A DNA stretch of 64,000 nucleotides. It comes from an uncultured Bacteriovoracaceae bacterium. GTDB lineage: Bacteria > Bdellovibrionota > Bacteriovoracia > Bacteriovoracales > Bacteriovoracaceae. The stretch is taken from NCBI GenBank assembly GCA_964012805.1, contig CAXGUD010000013.1, positions 32,880 through 96,879 on the forward strand, written 5' to 3'. Made by a program: the position numbers and the translations under genes. Each line of letters begins with the position of its first letter. Within the stretch, counting starts at the first letter, position 1. A model generated the notes under the pieces. It had not been told where the DNA came from. It saw nothing but the letters and a program-made list of their open reading frames with translations, and ran no database searches. Below are positions 8,842 through 19,857 of the stretch, in pieces.

Positions 8842-11281
8842 TAAAGTTTACCAAAAAGTTAAAAAGAAATTTCTTGCTGGATAGGTCATCTTTATAACCC
8901 CAAATGAGCCTCCAACAATTATTATGTGGTTTATAAGTTACTTGGTATAAAGACAATTCTTTAACTTTTTCTTGAAGATTCCACTTAAACTCACCATCAA
9001 AGGTCCAAGCATCCATAGGCGATAAAGAAAAAGAAGCTTTTAAATTTCTTGCAGGCTCAAGGCCATTCACTGTATTTTGTTCCCAACCAAAACTTACGTT
9101 TCCTGATAAAACCCTTTGCCCTATATCTAAATTAAATTTATGCCCTTTAAAATTATCGCTAAAAAAGTAATACTCAGAAAAAGAGAGAGTCGTTCCCGTT
9201 TCCTCAAATGTTGTCCCACCATTAACATAGAGCCTCGTAAGGCGATTCAACAACCTTTCATCAGTAACGGTGAAATCGATACCTTGACTTATGTTCAAAT
9301 AGGCAACTTCTCTAAAATTAAAATTATCACGTAGACTTCTTCCATCATTGAAAGGCTTGTAGTCTTTCACGCTTTTTCTAATAACAGAATGATTCCATTG
9401 AAACTCCAAAGTATTTTCTTTTGGCAAACTGGTACTAGGACTTAACTGAGCATTAAGATATTTTTTTGTCTTTAAAAAATCGACATGGTCAAAGATACCT
9501 TCAGAAGTAGAGATCTGATTCAAAAAACTCTGGTTGCCTTTATATTTTTGATCAGTCAAATAATAATGGTTAAAAATGAACATCTGAGAATGCTTATAGC
9601 TATCCTTCTTGATCGATATGTTTTGTCTCTTGTAGTAATTTTCGGAGCTAGGAAACTCCCCAATTACATCGCCCACATTTTTTTTTGATAAGTCTCTTTT
9701 TCCCTTTTCCTTTTTTCTTTTGGATTCTTTTTGAAAACTTCTATATTTCTCAACATCTAATTCCTTCAGGGGAAGCTTTTCTTCATAAGCCAATCCAAAA
9801 ATTTTCTCTAACTCAAAAGACATAGAACTTTCAAATACGAAGCCTTCTTTAGAAAAGGTTGGTTCTTCTTTTTCATACGGAAAAACGTAATCTTGTCGGT
9901 CCCAAGTTATTTTCGACGTAAAATCAAAAGGACCTTTTCTAAAAAAAGTCATATCTATGTAGGGAGCACTATTTAAACGACTGGCATTTCTTATATAGCT
10001 CGTTTCCTTAACGTGATTCTGCTTAAACACTTTCAAATCTGACTCAAATCCAATATTCAAATTTTTAAATAGACTGGAGGAAATATTCCACAAATTAATT
10101 GGAACAGTTGAAAAGTTCAACTGAGGTAAAATCTGAATGAACTCTTCATCGAACTCAAAAGGAGAATCAATAAGCTGACTTCTGTAAAAATGCCCTTCAA
10201 TGGAAGACTCAAAAAGTGAGCTTCTAAATTCTAGAAAAGTTGACCCACCCCACTCTGGTGAGAATGTTTTTTTCTCTATAAAAAAATCGAAATCTTTTAA
10301 TAAATCAAGGTCTGTCCCATTTGTATAATGAAAGTGATGGTTAACGTTTTCTCCTAAAGAAAAATGATGCTCCCATTCGTAAAATGCCCTTTTCACTATT
10401 TCTTGGCCTCTATTGGTCGATCCATCTCCACTATAAATTTGATCCCTAATAAGTATTGTATCAAGTTCCAACCAGTTCCTGTGACCAAAGACTTTTCTTA
10501 GTTGAACTTCAGTACCATTTCCCCTTAGACCATAGAAAGAAGGAGTAAAAGTCATATCCATAGACCGACTTATATTCCAAAACCAAGGTTGTCTGTAATA
10601 AACACCCTCTCCACTGGGAAAAGAAAAACTTGGAAACAAAAGTCCACTTTCTCTTTTCTTTTTAATAGGCAGTATTATGTAAGGAACGTATAAAACAGTC
10701 ACTCCATTAACTTTTATATAAGCTTCCTTAATTCTTATGTACTGCCCTAAAGTTATTTTTATACTTTTACCAAAAATACTCCATGACTCAGGACAATCTC
10801 TACAAGTGCTATACTCAGCGTTAATAGCGTTAACAATGCCTTTTCTAGGCATCGAAATGAACTCGCCCCAAACGACAAAGTTATCAGCTATAATTCTCGC
10901 ATCTTTAACTTCAAGGTTACTTTTTTTAAAATTGTAGAAAAGCCTTGTCCCATAAAAAGTGATGCCTTCTCCAACGTACCTAACATTGCCCTGTACATTT
11001 AAAGTGCCTTCACCATATTTGAGCGAAGCCTTCTCGCCGTAGAGCATCTCCGTTCCATGAACGATAACAACATTGCCAACGGCATTGTATTCACTTTTCG
11101 AGGTTCGTCGGTAAGCTTTGTCAGAGAGAATCTGAACATCATCACCAGTCTTAAAGTCAAAACTAGTTCTTGCCAAAAGGTCCATTGAAGAAACTAAAGT
11201 GACTCCAACCAGAAAAAGGAGACCAAAAGAAAATAAAACTCCTCTACACCTTTGAAAGTAAAAACTTTTGTACTTCGCCAA
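8807..11281 (-). CDS. lptD: LPS-assembly protein LptD (start uncertain)
   Basis: OstA-like N-domain, YSTCRDCP..W, PYIILP..RESGLL.P and C-terminal NNCW; 824-aa beta-barrel pattern. Confidence 0.88.
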   Translation of the reverse strand: MAKYKSFYFQRCRGVLFSFGLLFLVGVTLVSSMDLLARTSFDFKTGDDVQILSDKAYRRTSKSEYNAVGNVVIVHGTEMLYGEKASLKYGEGTLNVQGNVRYVGEGITFYGTRLFYNFKKSNLEVKDARIIADNFVVWGEFISMPRKGIVNAINAEYSTCRDCPESWSIFGKSIKITLGQYIRIKEAYIKVNGVTVLYVPYIILPIKKKRESGLLFPSFSFPSGEGVYYRQPWFWNISRSMDMTFTPSFYGLRGNGTEVQLRKVFGHRNWLELDTILIRDQIYSGDGSTNRGQEIVKRAFYEWEHHFSLGENVNHHFHYTNGTDLDLLKDFDFFIEKKTFSPEWGGSTFLEFRSSLFESSIEGHFYRSQLIDSPFEFDEEFIQILPQLNFSTVPINLWNISSSLFKNLNIGFESDLKVFKQNHVKETSYIRNASRLNSAPYIDMTFFRKGPFDFTSKITWDRQDYVFPYEKEEPTFSKEGFVFESSMSFELEKIFGLAYEEKLPLKELDVEKYRSFQKESKRKKEKGKRDLSKKNVGDVIGEFPSSENYYKRQNISIKKDSYKHSQMFIFNHYYLTDQKYKGNQSFLNQISTSEGIFDHVDFLKTKKYLNAQLSPSTSLPKENTLEFQWNHSVIRKSVKDYKPFNDGRSLRDNFNFREVAYLNISQGIDFTVTDERLLNRLTRLYVNGGTTFEETGTTLSFSEYYFFSDNFKGHKFNLDIGQRVLSGNVSFGWEQNTVNGLEPARNLKASFSLSPMDAWTFDGEFKWNLQEKVKELSLYQVTYKPHNNCWRLIWGYKDDLSSKKFLFNFLVNFNDNSFTSLSDL

Positions 11282-12668
11282 TAAAATAATACGATCCTGT
11301 TATGAGAGTTCTTTGACCCTCAGTTTGTTTTCCAGAAACTTTTTTTTGAAACCTACTGTTTAACCACTCCTGCCAGTCTAATAAAACTTGAATCCCCAAG
11401 GAGTCGCATAATTTTAAAATTTGATCATCACCTTTATCGTTCTTTTCAGCTTCTTTCCTCCATGCCTTTTCGTGATCAAAAAAAGTTAACGCAATACTTT
11501 TGTAAAGACATGGGTAGGTTGCAAGATGAGAAAGAGAATCTAAGATATCCTTTTTATTCCTTTTTGAAAAAGATAAAAGTACGTGGTCAAAAAAAGCTTC
11601 CTTTAAAGCTCCAGTTAACTTCCTTATCCCATCGATATTGTGGGCCCCCACGAATAGGACTTCATGGCCTGTCCCAATCTCCCATCTTTCAAATCGGCCT
11701 TTGCCTCCCGTAAAATCAGAATAAAGGTCAGAATTTACATTTTTCCGCACAACATCTGGAGGCAAGGACTCAAAGACCTCCTGCTTTTCACTTAAACAAA
11801 AAGTTTCTTTTAAAAGATAGGCCATTACTTTATTTCTAAAAACATAATGGTCACTCTTTTTCAAATACCCCATTTTAAAGAGGTCATAGTGAGGGACATC
11901 CTTTTTTGAGCAAAAGGAATGTGTTTGTGATTGAAGCCACTCCAATTCAAAGCCAGTGATCAGAGGGACCTGAGGTCTAGAAATACCCAGCTTTTCCATC
12001 AGTATCTCTTTTAAGCTATTCCCCAAAATTCCTTGATGATCCCTTGAAAGAGAGCAAATGGCCGTCAAATCTGGGCCTAGAAAATTGACCGCATCAAGTC
12101 TTCCTCCAAGTCCTACTTCCAATAAAACAACGTCCAGACCTTTGGACTTTTCTATGGACAAAGAAAGTTCACAAAAAACGAAAAACAAAAACTCGTAGTA
12201 ACTCAAAGACCAACCATTGGCCAAACAAGATTTTCTACTAGAATCTAAGTATTGGTTTAAAAGTTCGTAAGAGGCGTGTTTACCGTGAAAAAGAAACCTC
12301 TCCCTTAAGCTTAAAATATGAGGCGAAGTCCAAAGAGCTGTCCTTAGACCCTCTTTACGAAGGAGGCCATCCAAACGATGGGCAGTTTCGCCCTTGCCAT
12401 TTGTTCCACCAATTACAATGATCTTTATGTTTTTTTCTAAAAAGAAGGGTTTAAATGATTTTATAACATCTTTAGCATCGCTCTTATTAGATAGAAGAAG
12501 TTTTTCTTCGCCATACCACTTAGAGAGCTTCGTCTTTAAATTTTCTTCTTTGTCGGGTTGGAAGTCTCCTTCCCCTCCAACAACAGCTTGACCACCCAAG
12601 CCCAGTAAATCTATCATAAATTGGCCCTGATAAAGACTTGAGCTATTTTCAGCTTTTCTCTTTCCCAA
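11244..12668 (-). CDS. folC: Folylpolyglutamate synthase/dihydrofolate synthase
   Basis: GTNGKG, TSPH, EVGLGGRLDAVN and TGSYY motifs; follows accD. Confidence 0.9.
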   Translation of the reverse strand: MGKRKAENSSSLYQGQFMIDLLGLGGQAVVGGEGDFQPDKEENLKTKLSKWYGEEKLLLSNKSDAKDVIKSFKPFFLEKNIKIIVIGGTNGKGETAHRLDGLLRKEGLRTALWTSPHILSLRERFLFHGKHASYELLNQYLDSSRKSCLANGWSLSYYEFLFFVFCELSLSIEKSKGLDVVLLEVGLGGRLDAVNFLGPDLTAICSLSRDHQGILGNSLKEILMEKLGISRPQVPLITGFELEWLQSQTHSFCSKKDVPHYDLFKMGYLKKSDHYVFRNKVMAYLLKETFCLSEKQEVFESLPPDVVRKNVNSDLYSDFTGGKGRFERWEIGTGHEVLFVGAHNIDGIRKLTGALKEAFFDHVLLSFSKRNKKDILDSLSHLATYPCLYKSIALTFFDHEKAWRKEAEKNDKGDDQILKLCDSLGIQVLLDWQEWLNSRFQKKVSGKQTEGQRTLITGSYYFIGEVQKFLLSKV

Positions 12669-13506
12669 ACATTTTAAGAAAGAAGGACAACTTGCTTTTC
12701 AATTCATGACGAGGAACAATGCAATCAATAAACCCGTGGTCTAATAAAAACTCAGACCTTTGAAAACCGTCAGGAAGAATTTGTCTGATTGATTGCTCTA
12801 TAACCCTAGGTCCTGCAAAACCAATCAGAGCATTAGGCTCTGCAATATTAATATCCCCAAGCATAGCAAAACTAGCTGCAACACCGCCAGTTGTGGGGTC
12901 AGTCAAAACAGAGATATAAGGAATCCCTGCATTTCGAAGTCTTTGCCTAGCTGCTGACGTTTTTGCCATTTGCATAAGTGACAGAATCCCCTCTTGCATT
13001 CTTGCCCCTCCGGAGCAAGAGATCACAACAGCCGGAATTTTTTCTTCCAAAGCTTTATCCATTGCCGCAGAGACTTTCTCACCGGCAACAACCCCCATAG
13101 AACCTCCCATAAATTGGAAGTCCATCACTGCGATTGAAACCTTTTGGCCTTCAATTGAACCAAGTCCACAAAGCACACTGTCCAAATTTCCAGTTTTTTC
13201 CCTGGCTTGAACAAGTCTGTCTTTATAGGGCTTTTTATCGGTAAAGATTAATGGATCTTTTGTCGCATAATTATCTTTTAAGGGCCGAAAAGAATTTTCG
13301 TCTAATAGACCATCTATCCGCTCTCTTGCAGTAAGCCTGAAATGATGATTGCAATAAGGGCAAACATTTTGGTTATCTACAAGTTTTAGGGATTGAATAA
13401 TCTCTCCACAATTAGAACACTTTTTCCACAATCCCGAAGGAGTATTAGAAACAACTCTTTTAGCACTTTTTAATTTTGGACTTTTTACTGTGTCAAACCA
13501 ACGCAT
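12649..13506 (-). CDS. accD: Acetyl-CoA carboxylase carboxyltransferase beta subunit
   Basis: LWKKC Zn finger, FMGGSMG, SGGARMQEG and GFAGPRVIEQ motifs. Confidence 0.98.
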   Translation of the reverse strand: MRWFDTVKSPKLKSAKRVVSNTPSGLWKKCSNCGEIIQSLKLVDNQNVCPYCNHHFRLTARERIDGLLDENSFRPLKDNYATKDPLIFTDKKPYKDRLVQAREKTGNLDSVLCGLGSIEGQKVSIAVMDFQFMGGSMGVVAGEKVSAAMDKALEEKIPAVVISCSGGARMQEGILSLMQMAKTSAARQRLRNAGIPYISVLTDPTTGGVAASFAMLGDINIAEPNALIGFAGPRVIEQSIRQILPDGFQRSEFLLDHGFIDCIVPRHELKSKLSFFLKMFGKEKS

Positions 13507-13633
13507 ATAATTTTACCTCTTTTTTCCCCATTAACTGGCCAAGGGTTGACTAGAAGTCATCTTCATCCCTTCTTTGGAAAACGACAAGCTTTTTTTATTA
13601 ACTTTTTTAATGCACAATTAAAACTTTTCTAAA

Positions 13634-14473
13634 TCACTTTCCCTTTTTCATTTTTGCAAGGCTTCCGTAGACTTCCTTTGAAGGTCTATCAAGCAAACAG
13701 CCCAACAGCTTACTTAAATCTTTAACACTTCCCGATTCAAGATAGTTTGAAGCCATTTCTTCGGCTTTTTTTAAAAGAGGGGCCTTATCTTTCCCTCCTA
13801 TAGATGACAAAACGATAACAAACTCACCCTTAAAATTAATTCCAATTTTTTCATTATCGTAATCGGAAGCTTTGAATCGATAAGCGGTTTCATACTTTTT
13901 CGTTATTTCTCTTAATACAGCAATATCAGCTTCCGGCAATGCCTTTTTAATCTCTTCTAAAGTTTGATCGACCCGTTTCGGCGATTCAAAAAAAACATGA
14001 GTTTTACCTAAAACTCCCATCAAGGCAATAAAACTCTTCTTTTTTTGCAAATCACGAGGAAGAAAACCATGAAACTGAAAAGGGTAGGGAGGCAAACCGC
14101 TCAACTCTAAAGCTGCAATAACAGAACTAACTCCTGGCACTGTTTCTAACTTAAAACCCCAATCTAAAGCTCCTTTTACTAAAGGATGGGCAGGGTCACT
14201 CATTAAAGGACTCCCTGCATCTGAGCAAAAAACAATCTCTTCACCCTCTTCCAAAAGCTTTTTGGCAAATTGTAAACGGGAGTCCTTAGAGTGCTCATGA
14301 AAGGAATATACTCTTTTTCCATCTGACTCTATTCCCTGAGACCGGAGCAGGTTAAAAAAGGGACGAGTATCCTCAACAAAAAACAGAGTTTTTTTTTCAA
14401 GAATTTTTCGTCCCCTTAGAGTTAAATCATCTGGGTTTCCAATAGGAACACTTAACAAGATTAAACGACTCAA
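13634..14473 (-). CDS. rsmI: 16S rRNA C1402 2'-O-methyltransferase
   Basis: PIGN.DD, EDTR, SDAG.P..SDP, FESP.R, REITK and KGEF motifs. Confidence 0.95.
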   Translation of the reverse strand: MSRLILLSVPIGNPDDLTLRGRKILEKKTLFFVEDTRPFFNLLRSQGIESDGKRVYSFHEHSKDSRLQFAKKLLEEGEEIVFCSDAGSPLMSDPAHPLVKGALDWGFKLETVPGVSSVIAALELSGLPPYPFQFHGFLPRDLQKKKSFIALMGVLGKTHVFFESPKRVDQTLEEIKKALPEADIAVLREITKKYETAYRFKASDYDNEKIGINFKGEFVIVLSSIGGKDKAPLLKKAEEMASNYLESGSVKDLSKLLGCLLDRPSKEVYGSLAKMKKGK

Positions 14474-14630
14474 TTGATTCTCCTCTTAAGCCAAATCACA
14501 TTTCCATGGTTTACCCAACTTTACCTAATTAACCAACTCATCAAAACATAAAAAATTCCTATCTACACACCGCACAACATACAGAGTAAAATTTAAGAAT
14601 ATTTTAAAAATAAAAATGGGAGGCTTACCT

Positions 14631-15020
14631 ATGTCTATGAAAGCACAAATAAGGACCGACTCGACAGGTAATATTACGGTTCACATGCGGGGCGGTCTCA
14701 ATTACGAGCACAGTGCACCATTTAAGCAGGAGCTTGAAGAACTTATAATGGAAAATCCGCGCTCAATCATTACACTTGATATGCACTTTTTAGACTTTGT
14801 TGGCTCCTCAGGTATCAGCACTTTCGTAAAAACAATTAAAGAACTTAATAAAGATTCAACTAAAGTTAGACTTTCTAATGTTAAAAAAGAGTTTATTAAA
14901 GTTTTTAAACTTTACGATGGCGGTGTTTTAGAATCCATCATTGATGAATTTGATAACGACAATATCCCAGGTTTTAATAACGGTCTGGGAATGCCTGGCA
15001 AAAGAACCTTTGAAAACTAG
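14631..15020 (+). CDS. STAS domain anti-sigma factor antagonist
   Basis: LDM..LDFVGSSGI motif (phosphorylatable Ser); GGAGG RBS. Confidence 0.85.
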   Translation: MSMKAQIRTDSTGNITVHMRGGLNYEHSAPFKQELEELIMENPRSIITLDMHFLDFVGSSGISTFVKTIKELNKDSTKVRLSNVKKEFIKVFKLYDGGVLESIIDEFDNDNIPGFNNGLGMPGKRTFEN

Positions 15021-15068
15021 TCTAAAATTTTAAAAGAAAATTAAGAGAAAAACGACACTCTAAAAACC

Positions 15069-15500
15069 CTAATATGACAGGGCAAGGATGGGAACATAAA
15101 ACCCCCATCCTTTATTGTTTTTTTGAGCTTTTTTCCTTGGGTCATAGAGAGTGCTAAAGGCTTGCTGATGTCCATTTACTAAGAGCTCTTTGCCCTTTTC
15201 TTGAAAAAAATGACCATATTCGTCATCGTACTCTCTTTGAAAGCCGTGACTCAGGACAACATAGGTTCCAAAAATCAAACCTGCGTAGAGTCCTAATGAA
15301 GCTCCTTGAGCAATTGCACGAGCACCATTACCAAAAGCGAGGGTCGCAGTTCCTAAAAGCGCCCCACCGATTGTCCCATACAAGGCCATTGAACCCAATG
15401 CTCGGCTCTTAGCATCTTGGGCCTGAGCTTCTCCTCCGCCTAAAAAGAAGCACAAGGAAACAGCAAGAAAAAAGGTATGTATTCTTTTCATAACTTCCAT
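15069..15500 (-). CDS. Hypothetical exported/membrane protein with glycine-zipper helices
   Basis: Signal peptide; GTIGGALLG and GASLGLYAG repeats. Confidence 0.75.
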   Translation of the reverse strand: MEVMKRIHTFFLAVSLCFFLGGGEAQAQDAKSRALGSMALYGTIGGALLGTATLAFGNGARAIAQGASLGLYAGLIFGTYVVLSHGFQREYDDEYGHFFQEKGKELLVNGHQQAFSTLYDPRKKAQKNNKGWGFYVPILALSY

Positions 15501-15675
15501 GGCTCATAGGATAATTAAAAGCTCCCCTTTTGGCAAAAATATCTTTATCTCTCAGAAAAGAAAGACTATCAAAATGAAGTACTTAAAAAATGAAAACCTA
15601 TGCCTGATCATTGTTTAATCTTGTTTATTTTGCTAAGAGAAGAGCCTGAAAATTTTTTACAAAAAAGGAAGGGGC

Positions 15676-18444
15676 ATGGCCTACAACTTTAATAAAATTG
15701 AAAAAGCCTGGCAGAAAAAATGGCAAGACGACAAAATTTTCTCTGTCTCAATAGACACACAAAAACCAAAGTTTTATGTGCTAGATATGTTTCCTTACCC
15801 ATCTGGCGCAGGGCTTCATGTTGGTCACCCTCTTGGTTATATAGCCTCTGATATTTACTCACGCTACAAGAGGCTTAAAGGCTTTAATGTTCTTCATCCT
15901 ATGGGCTATGATGCCTTTGGACTACCTGCAGAACAATACGCCATTCAGACAGGTCAACACCCCGCAAAAACCACAGATAAAAACATCTCCAGATATAGAG
16001 AGCAAATGGACCAGTTAGGGTTTTCCTTTGACTGGGACAGAGAAGTTAGAACTTGTGACCCTAAATACTACCACTGGACACAGTGGATGTTTTTAGAACT
16101 TTTTGAGCATTGGTTTAACAAAAACAATAATAAAGCAGAATCTATTTCAAACCTTATTTTAATTTTAGAAAAGGAAGGCAACAAAAACTTAAAAGCTGCG
16201 TGTAACCCAAAAACGCCTCAGGTTGGTGCTGAAGAATGGAATTCGATGGAGGAAAACCAAAGACTAGAATTTCTTCAAAACTACAGGCTTGCCTATCAAG
16301 ACGAAACTTTCGTTAACTGGTGCCCTAAGCTTGGCACAGTTCTGGCCAATGATGAAGTGAAGGATGGACTCTCTGTTCGAGGCGGCCATCCTGTTGAACA
16401 AAAAAAGATGAAACAATGGCTTTTGAGAGTCTCCGCTTATGCTCAAAGACTTCTTGATGGCCTTGAAAAAATAGAGTGGTCAGACTCAATTAAAGAAATT
16501 CAAAGGAATTGGATTGGACGCTCAGAAGGAGCAACTGTCCATTTTTCTATAAAAGATAGAAAAGAAAAATTAGAAATTTTTACTACGCGACCTGACACCT
16601 TGTTTGGCGTCAGCTTTATGGTTCTTGCTCCTGAACATGAATGGATTGGCTTAATCACCACAGACGCTCAAAAGGACGAAGTGGAGAATTATATTCTTCA
16701 GACGAAAAAGAAAACTGAAAGAGACCGCATCTCAGACGTAAAGAATGTTTCTGGAGCCTTTACAGGAGCTTTCTGTATTCATCCTTTTACAGGAGAAGAA
16801 ATTCCTGTCTGGATAGGCGACTACGTTCTTGGAGGATATGGTACAGGCGCTATCATGGCCGTTCCGGGACATGACCAAAGAGACTATGACTTTGCAAAAA
16901 ACTTTAACCTCCCAATTAGGGAAGTAGTCGAGGGTGGTAACCTTGCAGAAGAGGCCTTCGAAGCCAAAGATGGTGTTTTAGTGAACTCCGACTTTCTTAA
17001 TGGCTTAAGAGTTCCTGAGGCCATCAAAAAAATGAACCAAGAGCTTGAAGGTGGTAAAAAGGGTGAACCTCGAATAAACTTCCGTTTAAGAGATGCTATC
17101 TTTAGCCGTCAAAGATATTGGGGAGAACCGATACCTATCTACTATAAAGACGGCGCACCCTACCCACTTCCAAAAGATAAACTCCCCCTAGAACTTCCAC
17201 CTGTGGATTCTTACTTACCAACCGAGGATGGAGAAGCTCCTCTGGGGAGGGCCAAAGACTGGAATTTTAAAACTGGTGAGCCATACGAACTGACTACAAT
17301 GCCTGGCTTTGCGGGGTCATCAGCTTACTACCTAAGGTATATGGACCCTCACAATAAAAACGACCTTGTGAGTAAGGAAGCTAATCAATATTGGGAGAAT
17401 GTCGATCTTTATGTTGGTGGAAGTGAACATGCTGTTGGCCATCTTATTTACTCCAGGTTCTTTAACAAATTTCTTTTTGATATTGGAAAAGTTTGTAAGG
17501 ATGAACCCTTTAAAAAACTTATTAACCAAGGGATGATTCAAGGTCGAAGTAATTTCGTTTACCGTAAAAAGGGAACAAATAGCTTCGTTTCTCACGGTAA
17601 AGTCAAAGACCATGAAGTCACAACTCTTCATGTTGACGTAAATATTGTTCAAAATGATCAACTCGACTTAGAGGCCTTTAAAAGCTGGAGAGAAGAGTTT
17701 AAAAATGCTGAATTTATTTTGGAAGATGATGGTACATACCTCTGCGGAAATGCCGTAGAAAAAATGAGCAAGTCTCTTTTTAACGTTGTTAACCCAGACC
17801 TCATTGTAAAAGATTACGGAGCAGATACTCTAAGACTCTACGAAATGTTCCTAGGCCCTATTGAGCAATCTAAGCCTTGGAATACAAGTGGTATTGAAGG
17901 GGTCAGTCGTTTCCTCCACAAAGTCTGGAGGTTTTGCTTTGAGGAGGATGACTCCCTTTCACTCAATGATGAAAAAGCAACAGCTGCCGAACTAAAAATT
18001 CTCCATACGGCCATAAAAAAAGTTGAAGAGGCCATTGAGACTTTTGCCCTAAACGTTGGGGTAAGCTCACTTATGATTTGCCTTAACGACCTGACAAAGG
18101 AAAAAGCCAAAAAGAAATGCCTTATTAAACCATTTCTAATACTCCTCTCTTCATTCGCACCTCATATTAGTGAAGAAATTTGGGCCAGGCTTGGAGAAAC
18201 TGAAAGCGTTTGCAAAGCTGAATTTCCTAAATGGGAAAAAAGTTTTCTTGTAGAAAATACTTATACTTATCCTATTTCAATTAATGGAAAGAAAAAGTTT
18301 CTAAAAGAAATTTCACTTGATTTACAGAAAGAAGATATTGAAAAAGTGGCCCTTGAAGACGAAAAATTACAATCTCTTCTTGAGGGCAAGACGGTTCGGA
18401 AAGTAATCGTTGTTCCGAAAAAAATTGTTAATATTGTTATCTAA
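15676..18444 (+). CDS. leuS: Leucine--tRNA ligase
   Basis: MFPYPSG, HVGH (HIGH), FTTRPDT editing domain and KMSKS motifs. Confidence 0.99.
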   Translation: MAYNFNKIEKAWQKKWQDDKIFSVSIDTQKPKFYVLDMFPYPSGAGLHVGHPLGYIASDIYSRYKRLKGFNVLHPMGYDAFGLPAEQYAIQTGQHPAKTTDKNISRYREQMDQLGFSFDWDREVRTCDPKYYHWTQWMFLELFEHWFNKNNNKAESISNLILILEKEGNKNLKAACNPKTPQVGAEEWNSMEENQRLEFLQNYRLAYQDETFVNWCPKLGTVLANDEVKDGLSVRGGHPVEQKKMKQWLLRVSAYAQRLLDGLEKIEWSDSIKEIQRNWIGRSEGATVHFSIKDRKEKLEIFTTRPDTLFGVSFMVLAPEHEWIGLITTDAQKDEVENYILQTKKKTERDRISDVKNVSGAFTGAFCIHPFTGEEIPVWIGDYVLGGYGTGAIMAVPGHDQRDYDFAKNFNLPIREVVEGGNLAEEAFEAKDGVLVNSDFLNGLRVPEAIKKMNQELEGGKKGEPRINFRLRDAIFSRQRYWGEPIPIYYKDGAPYPLPKDKLPLELPPVDSYLPTEDGEAPLGRAKDWNFKTGEPYELTTMPGFAGSSAYYLRYMDPHNKNDLVSKEANQYWENVDLYVGGSEHAVGHLIYSRFFNKFLFDIGKVCKDEPFKKLINQGMIQGRSNFVYRKKGTNSFVSHGKVKDHEVTTLHVDVNIVQNDQLDLEAFKSWREEFKNAEFILEDDGTYLCGNAVEKMSKSLFNVVNPDLIVKDYGADTLRLYEMFLGPIEQSKPWNTSGIEGVSRFLHKVWRFCFEEDDSLSLNDEKATAAELKILHTAIKKVEEAIETFALNVGVSSLMICLNDLTKEKAKKKCLIKPFLILLSSFAPHISEEIWARLGETESVCKAEFPKWEKSFLVENTYTYPISINGKKKFLKEISLDLQKEDIEKVALEDEKLQSLLEGKTVRKVIVVPKKIVNIVI

Positions 18445-18455
18445 TTGAGGTTTTT

Positions 18456-18878
18456 ATGGACACAAGAGATCAGTTTATCAAACAAATAGAAGAAAACTTA
18501 AAAGGTAATGGCTTTCCAGAAAGAAAAGTTTCTCTTCCCCTTGAAAAGATGTACGAAATTGCTGACTCAAAAGGGCTCAGCTTTAATGATGTCTTAAAAG
18601 TTATGAAAGAAAAGCATGGCATAGAGTCCCTTTTAGAAACAGAGAGGGTCATCTTCTCTAGCGCTAAAAAAGGCAGCGCATCACAGAGCGCCCCCTTCTC
18701 TTTCAATCCTGAAGAGTTAAAAAATATGGATCAGGATGAGCTAAAAGAAAAAGCACAAAGCTTTATGAAGTCAATGTCTCCCGAACAAATGGCCGAAATC
18801 CAAAAAACTTTTGCTAATATGAGTCAAGAAGAAAAGGATGAAATCATGCGAAAAGGAAAGGAAATGGGACTCCTTTAG
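18456..18878 (+). CDS. Hypothetical protein with Met-rich helical C-terminus
   Basis: 140-aa ORF with GAGG RBS, 11 bp after leuS. Confidence 0.75.
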   Translation: MDTRDQFIKQIEENLKGNGFPERKVSLPLEKMYEIADSKGLSFNDVLKVMKEKHGIESLLETERVIFSSAKKGSASQSAPFSFNPEELKNMDQDELKEKAQSFMKSMSPEQMAEIQKTFANMSQEEKDEIMRKGKEMGLL

Positions 18879-18880
18879 TC

Positions 18881-18909
18881 TTGACCAAAAAAAAATGACC
18901 CCCTATATT
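18881..18909 (+). promoter_or_regulatory. Sigma70-type promoter
   Basis: TTGACC-N17-TATATT. Confidence 0.5.
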
Positions 18910-19004
18910 TCCTTTACAAGAACTCAGATAAAAAGTGCCCTAAAAAATAAGCTTAGGGCATGAATCCATTGTTTCGTAAGATTTATTCTTTGGTATAATT
19001 GAGT

Positions 19005-19787
19005 ATGGAAGAAATAGAAATTGAAGAAGCTCCCCTTTATTTAATTGACCTATGTAACCTGTTTGACCTCAGGCCGGCTCATCAATATGCTACCCTTTTA
19101 CTCCTCCTGGCCAAGCTTAAAGATGGCAGTGGTCACCTTGAAAAAGAAAGGGTCCTAAATTTCACAAAAATGGGTGGACTCTCTTTAAGCTTTCAACAGA
19201 CCTATGACTCCTTGGCACAACTAGAAAAAAAAGGAATCCTTAAAGCTGAAGGTGACGGTCTTTTTAGTATAAACAAACTTATTCCAACCTATGAGTCCAT
19301 GAAGCTTATTGATCAAGGGACTCTCTCCTTTAACCTGAATATCAGCTACAAGCTTAAGAAAAGAAGTGTTAATTTTGAACTTATTGGGCCGAAAGAAAAT
19401 GGAAAGAGGAGGGAGAAGACACCAAAAGAAAAGCCTTTGGAAGAGCAAACAATCCAAAAAGTTGTCGACTACCTAAATTTACAAACAGGAAAAAACTTTA
19501 AGTCCAGAACGACTGCTACAAGAAGTTCTATTCTCGGAAGACTAAGAGAGGGTTATTCATTTTCTGACTTTAAATGCGTTATTGATGGAAAAGTCTTAGA
19601 ATGGGCCCATGACCCCAGTATGGCCAAGTATTTAAGACCAGCAACTCTTTTTACACCCTCAAAATTTGAAGCCTATTTAAACGAATTTGAGAGCTTGGAT
19701 CCAGCGGATGTGAGCCAGAAGGAGCAAATTAAAGAAACTTTTAGAGAAGCACTTAGGCAAAAACTTGAGCAAGAAAAGAGGAATTGA
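19005..19787 (+). CDS. Protein with conserved phage replication-protein C-terminal domain (Phg_2220_C-like)
   Basis: VVDYLN..TGKNFK, RLREGYS..DFKCVID.KV.EW, YLRPATLF and KFEAYLN are hallmark motifs of that domain. Confidence 0.85.
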   Translation: MEEIEIEEAPLYLIDLCNLFDLRPAHQYATLLLLLAKLKDGSGHLEKERVLNFTKMGGLSLSFQQTYDSLAQLEKKGILKAEGDGLFSINKLIPTYESMKLIDQGTLSFNLNISYKLKKRSVNFELIGPKENGKRREKTPKEKPLEEQTIQKVVDYLNLQTGKNFKSRTTATRSSILGRLREGYSFSDFKCVIDGKVLEWAHDPSMAKYLRPATLFTPSKFEAYLNEFESLDPADVSQKEQIKETFREALRQKLEQEKRN

Positions 19788-19804
19788 TTTAAAGTAAAAT
19801 TTTG

Positions 19805-19839
19805 AAAGACCCTCTATTTAATTAAAGAGGGCCCTTTTT
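19805..19839. terminator. Intrinsic terminator between convergent genes
   Basis: CCCTCT/AGAGGG stem followed by a T-run. Confidence 0.6.
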
Positions 19840-19857
19840 ATACGAAAAAACTCAGTC

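Noticed and set aside
18999..19787. Prophage
   Set aside because: Only one phage-like domain; no integrase, structural genes or att repeats.
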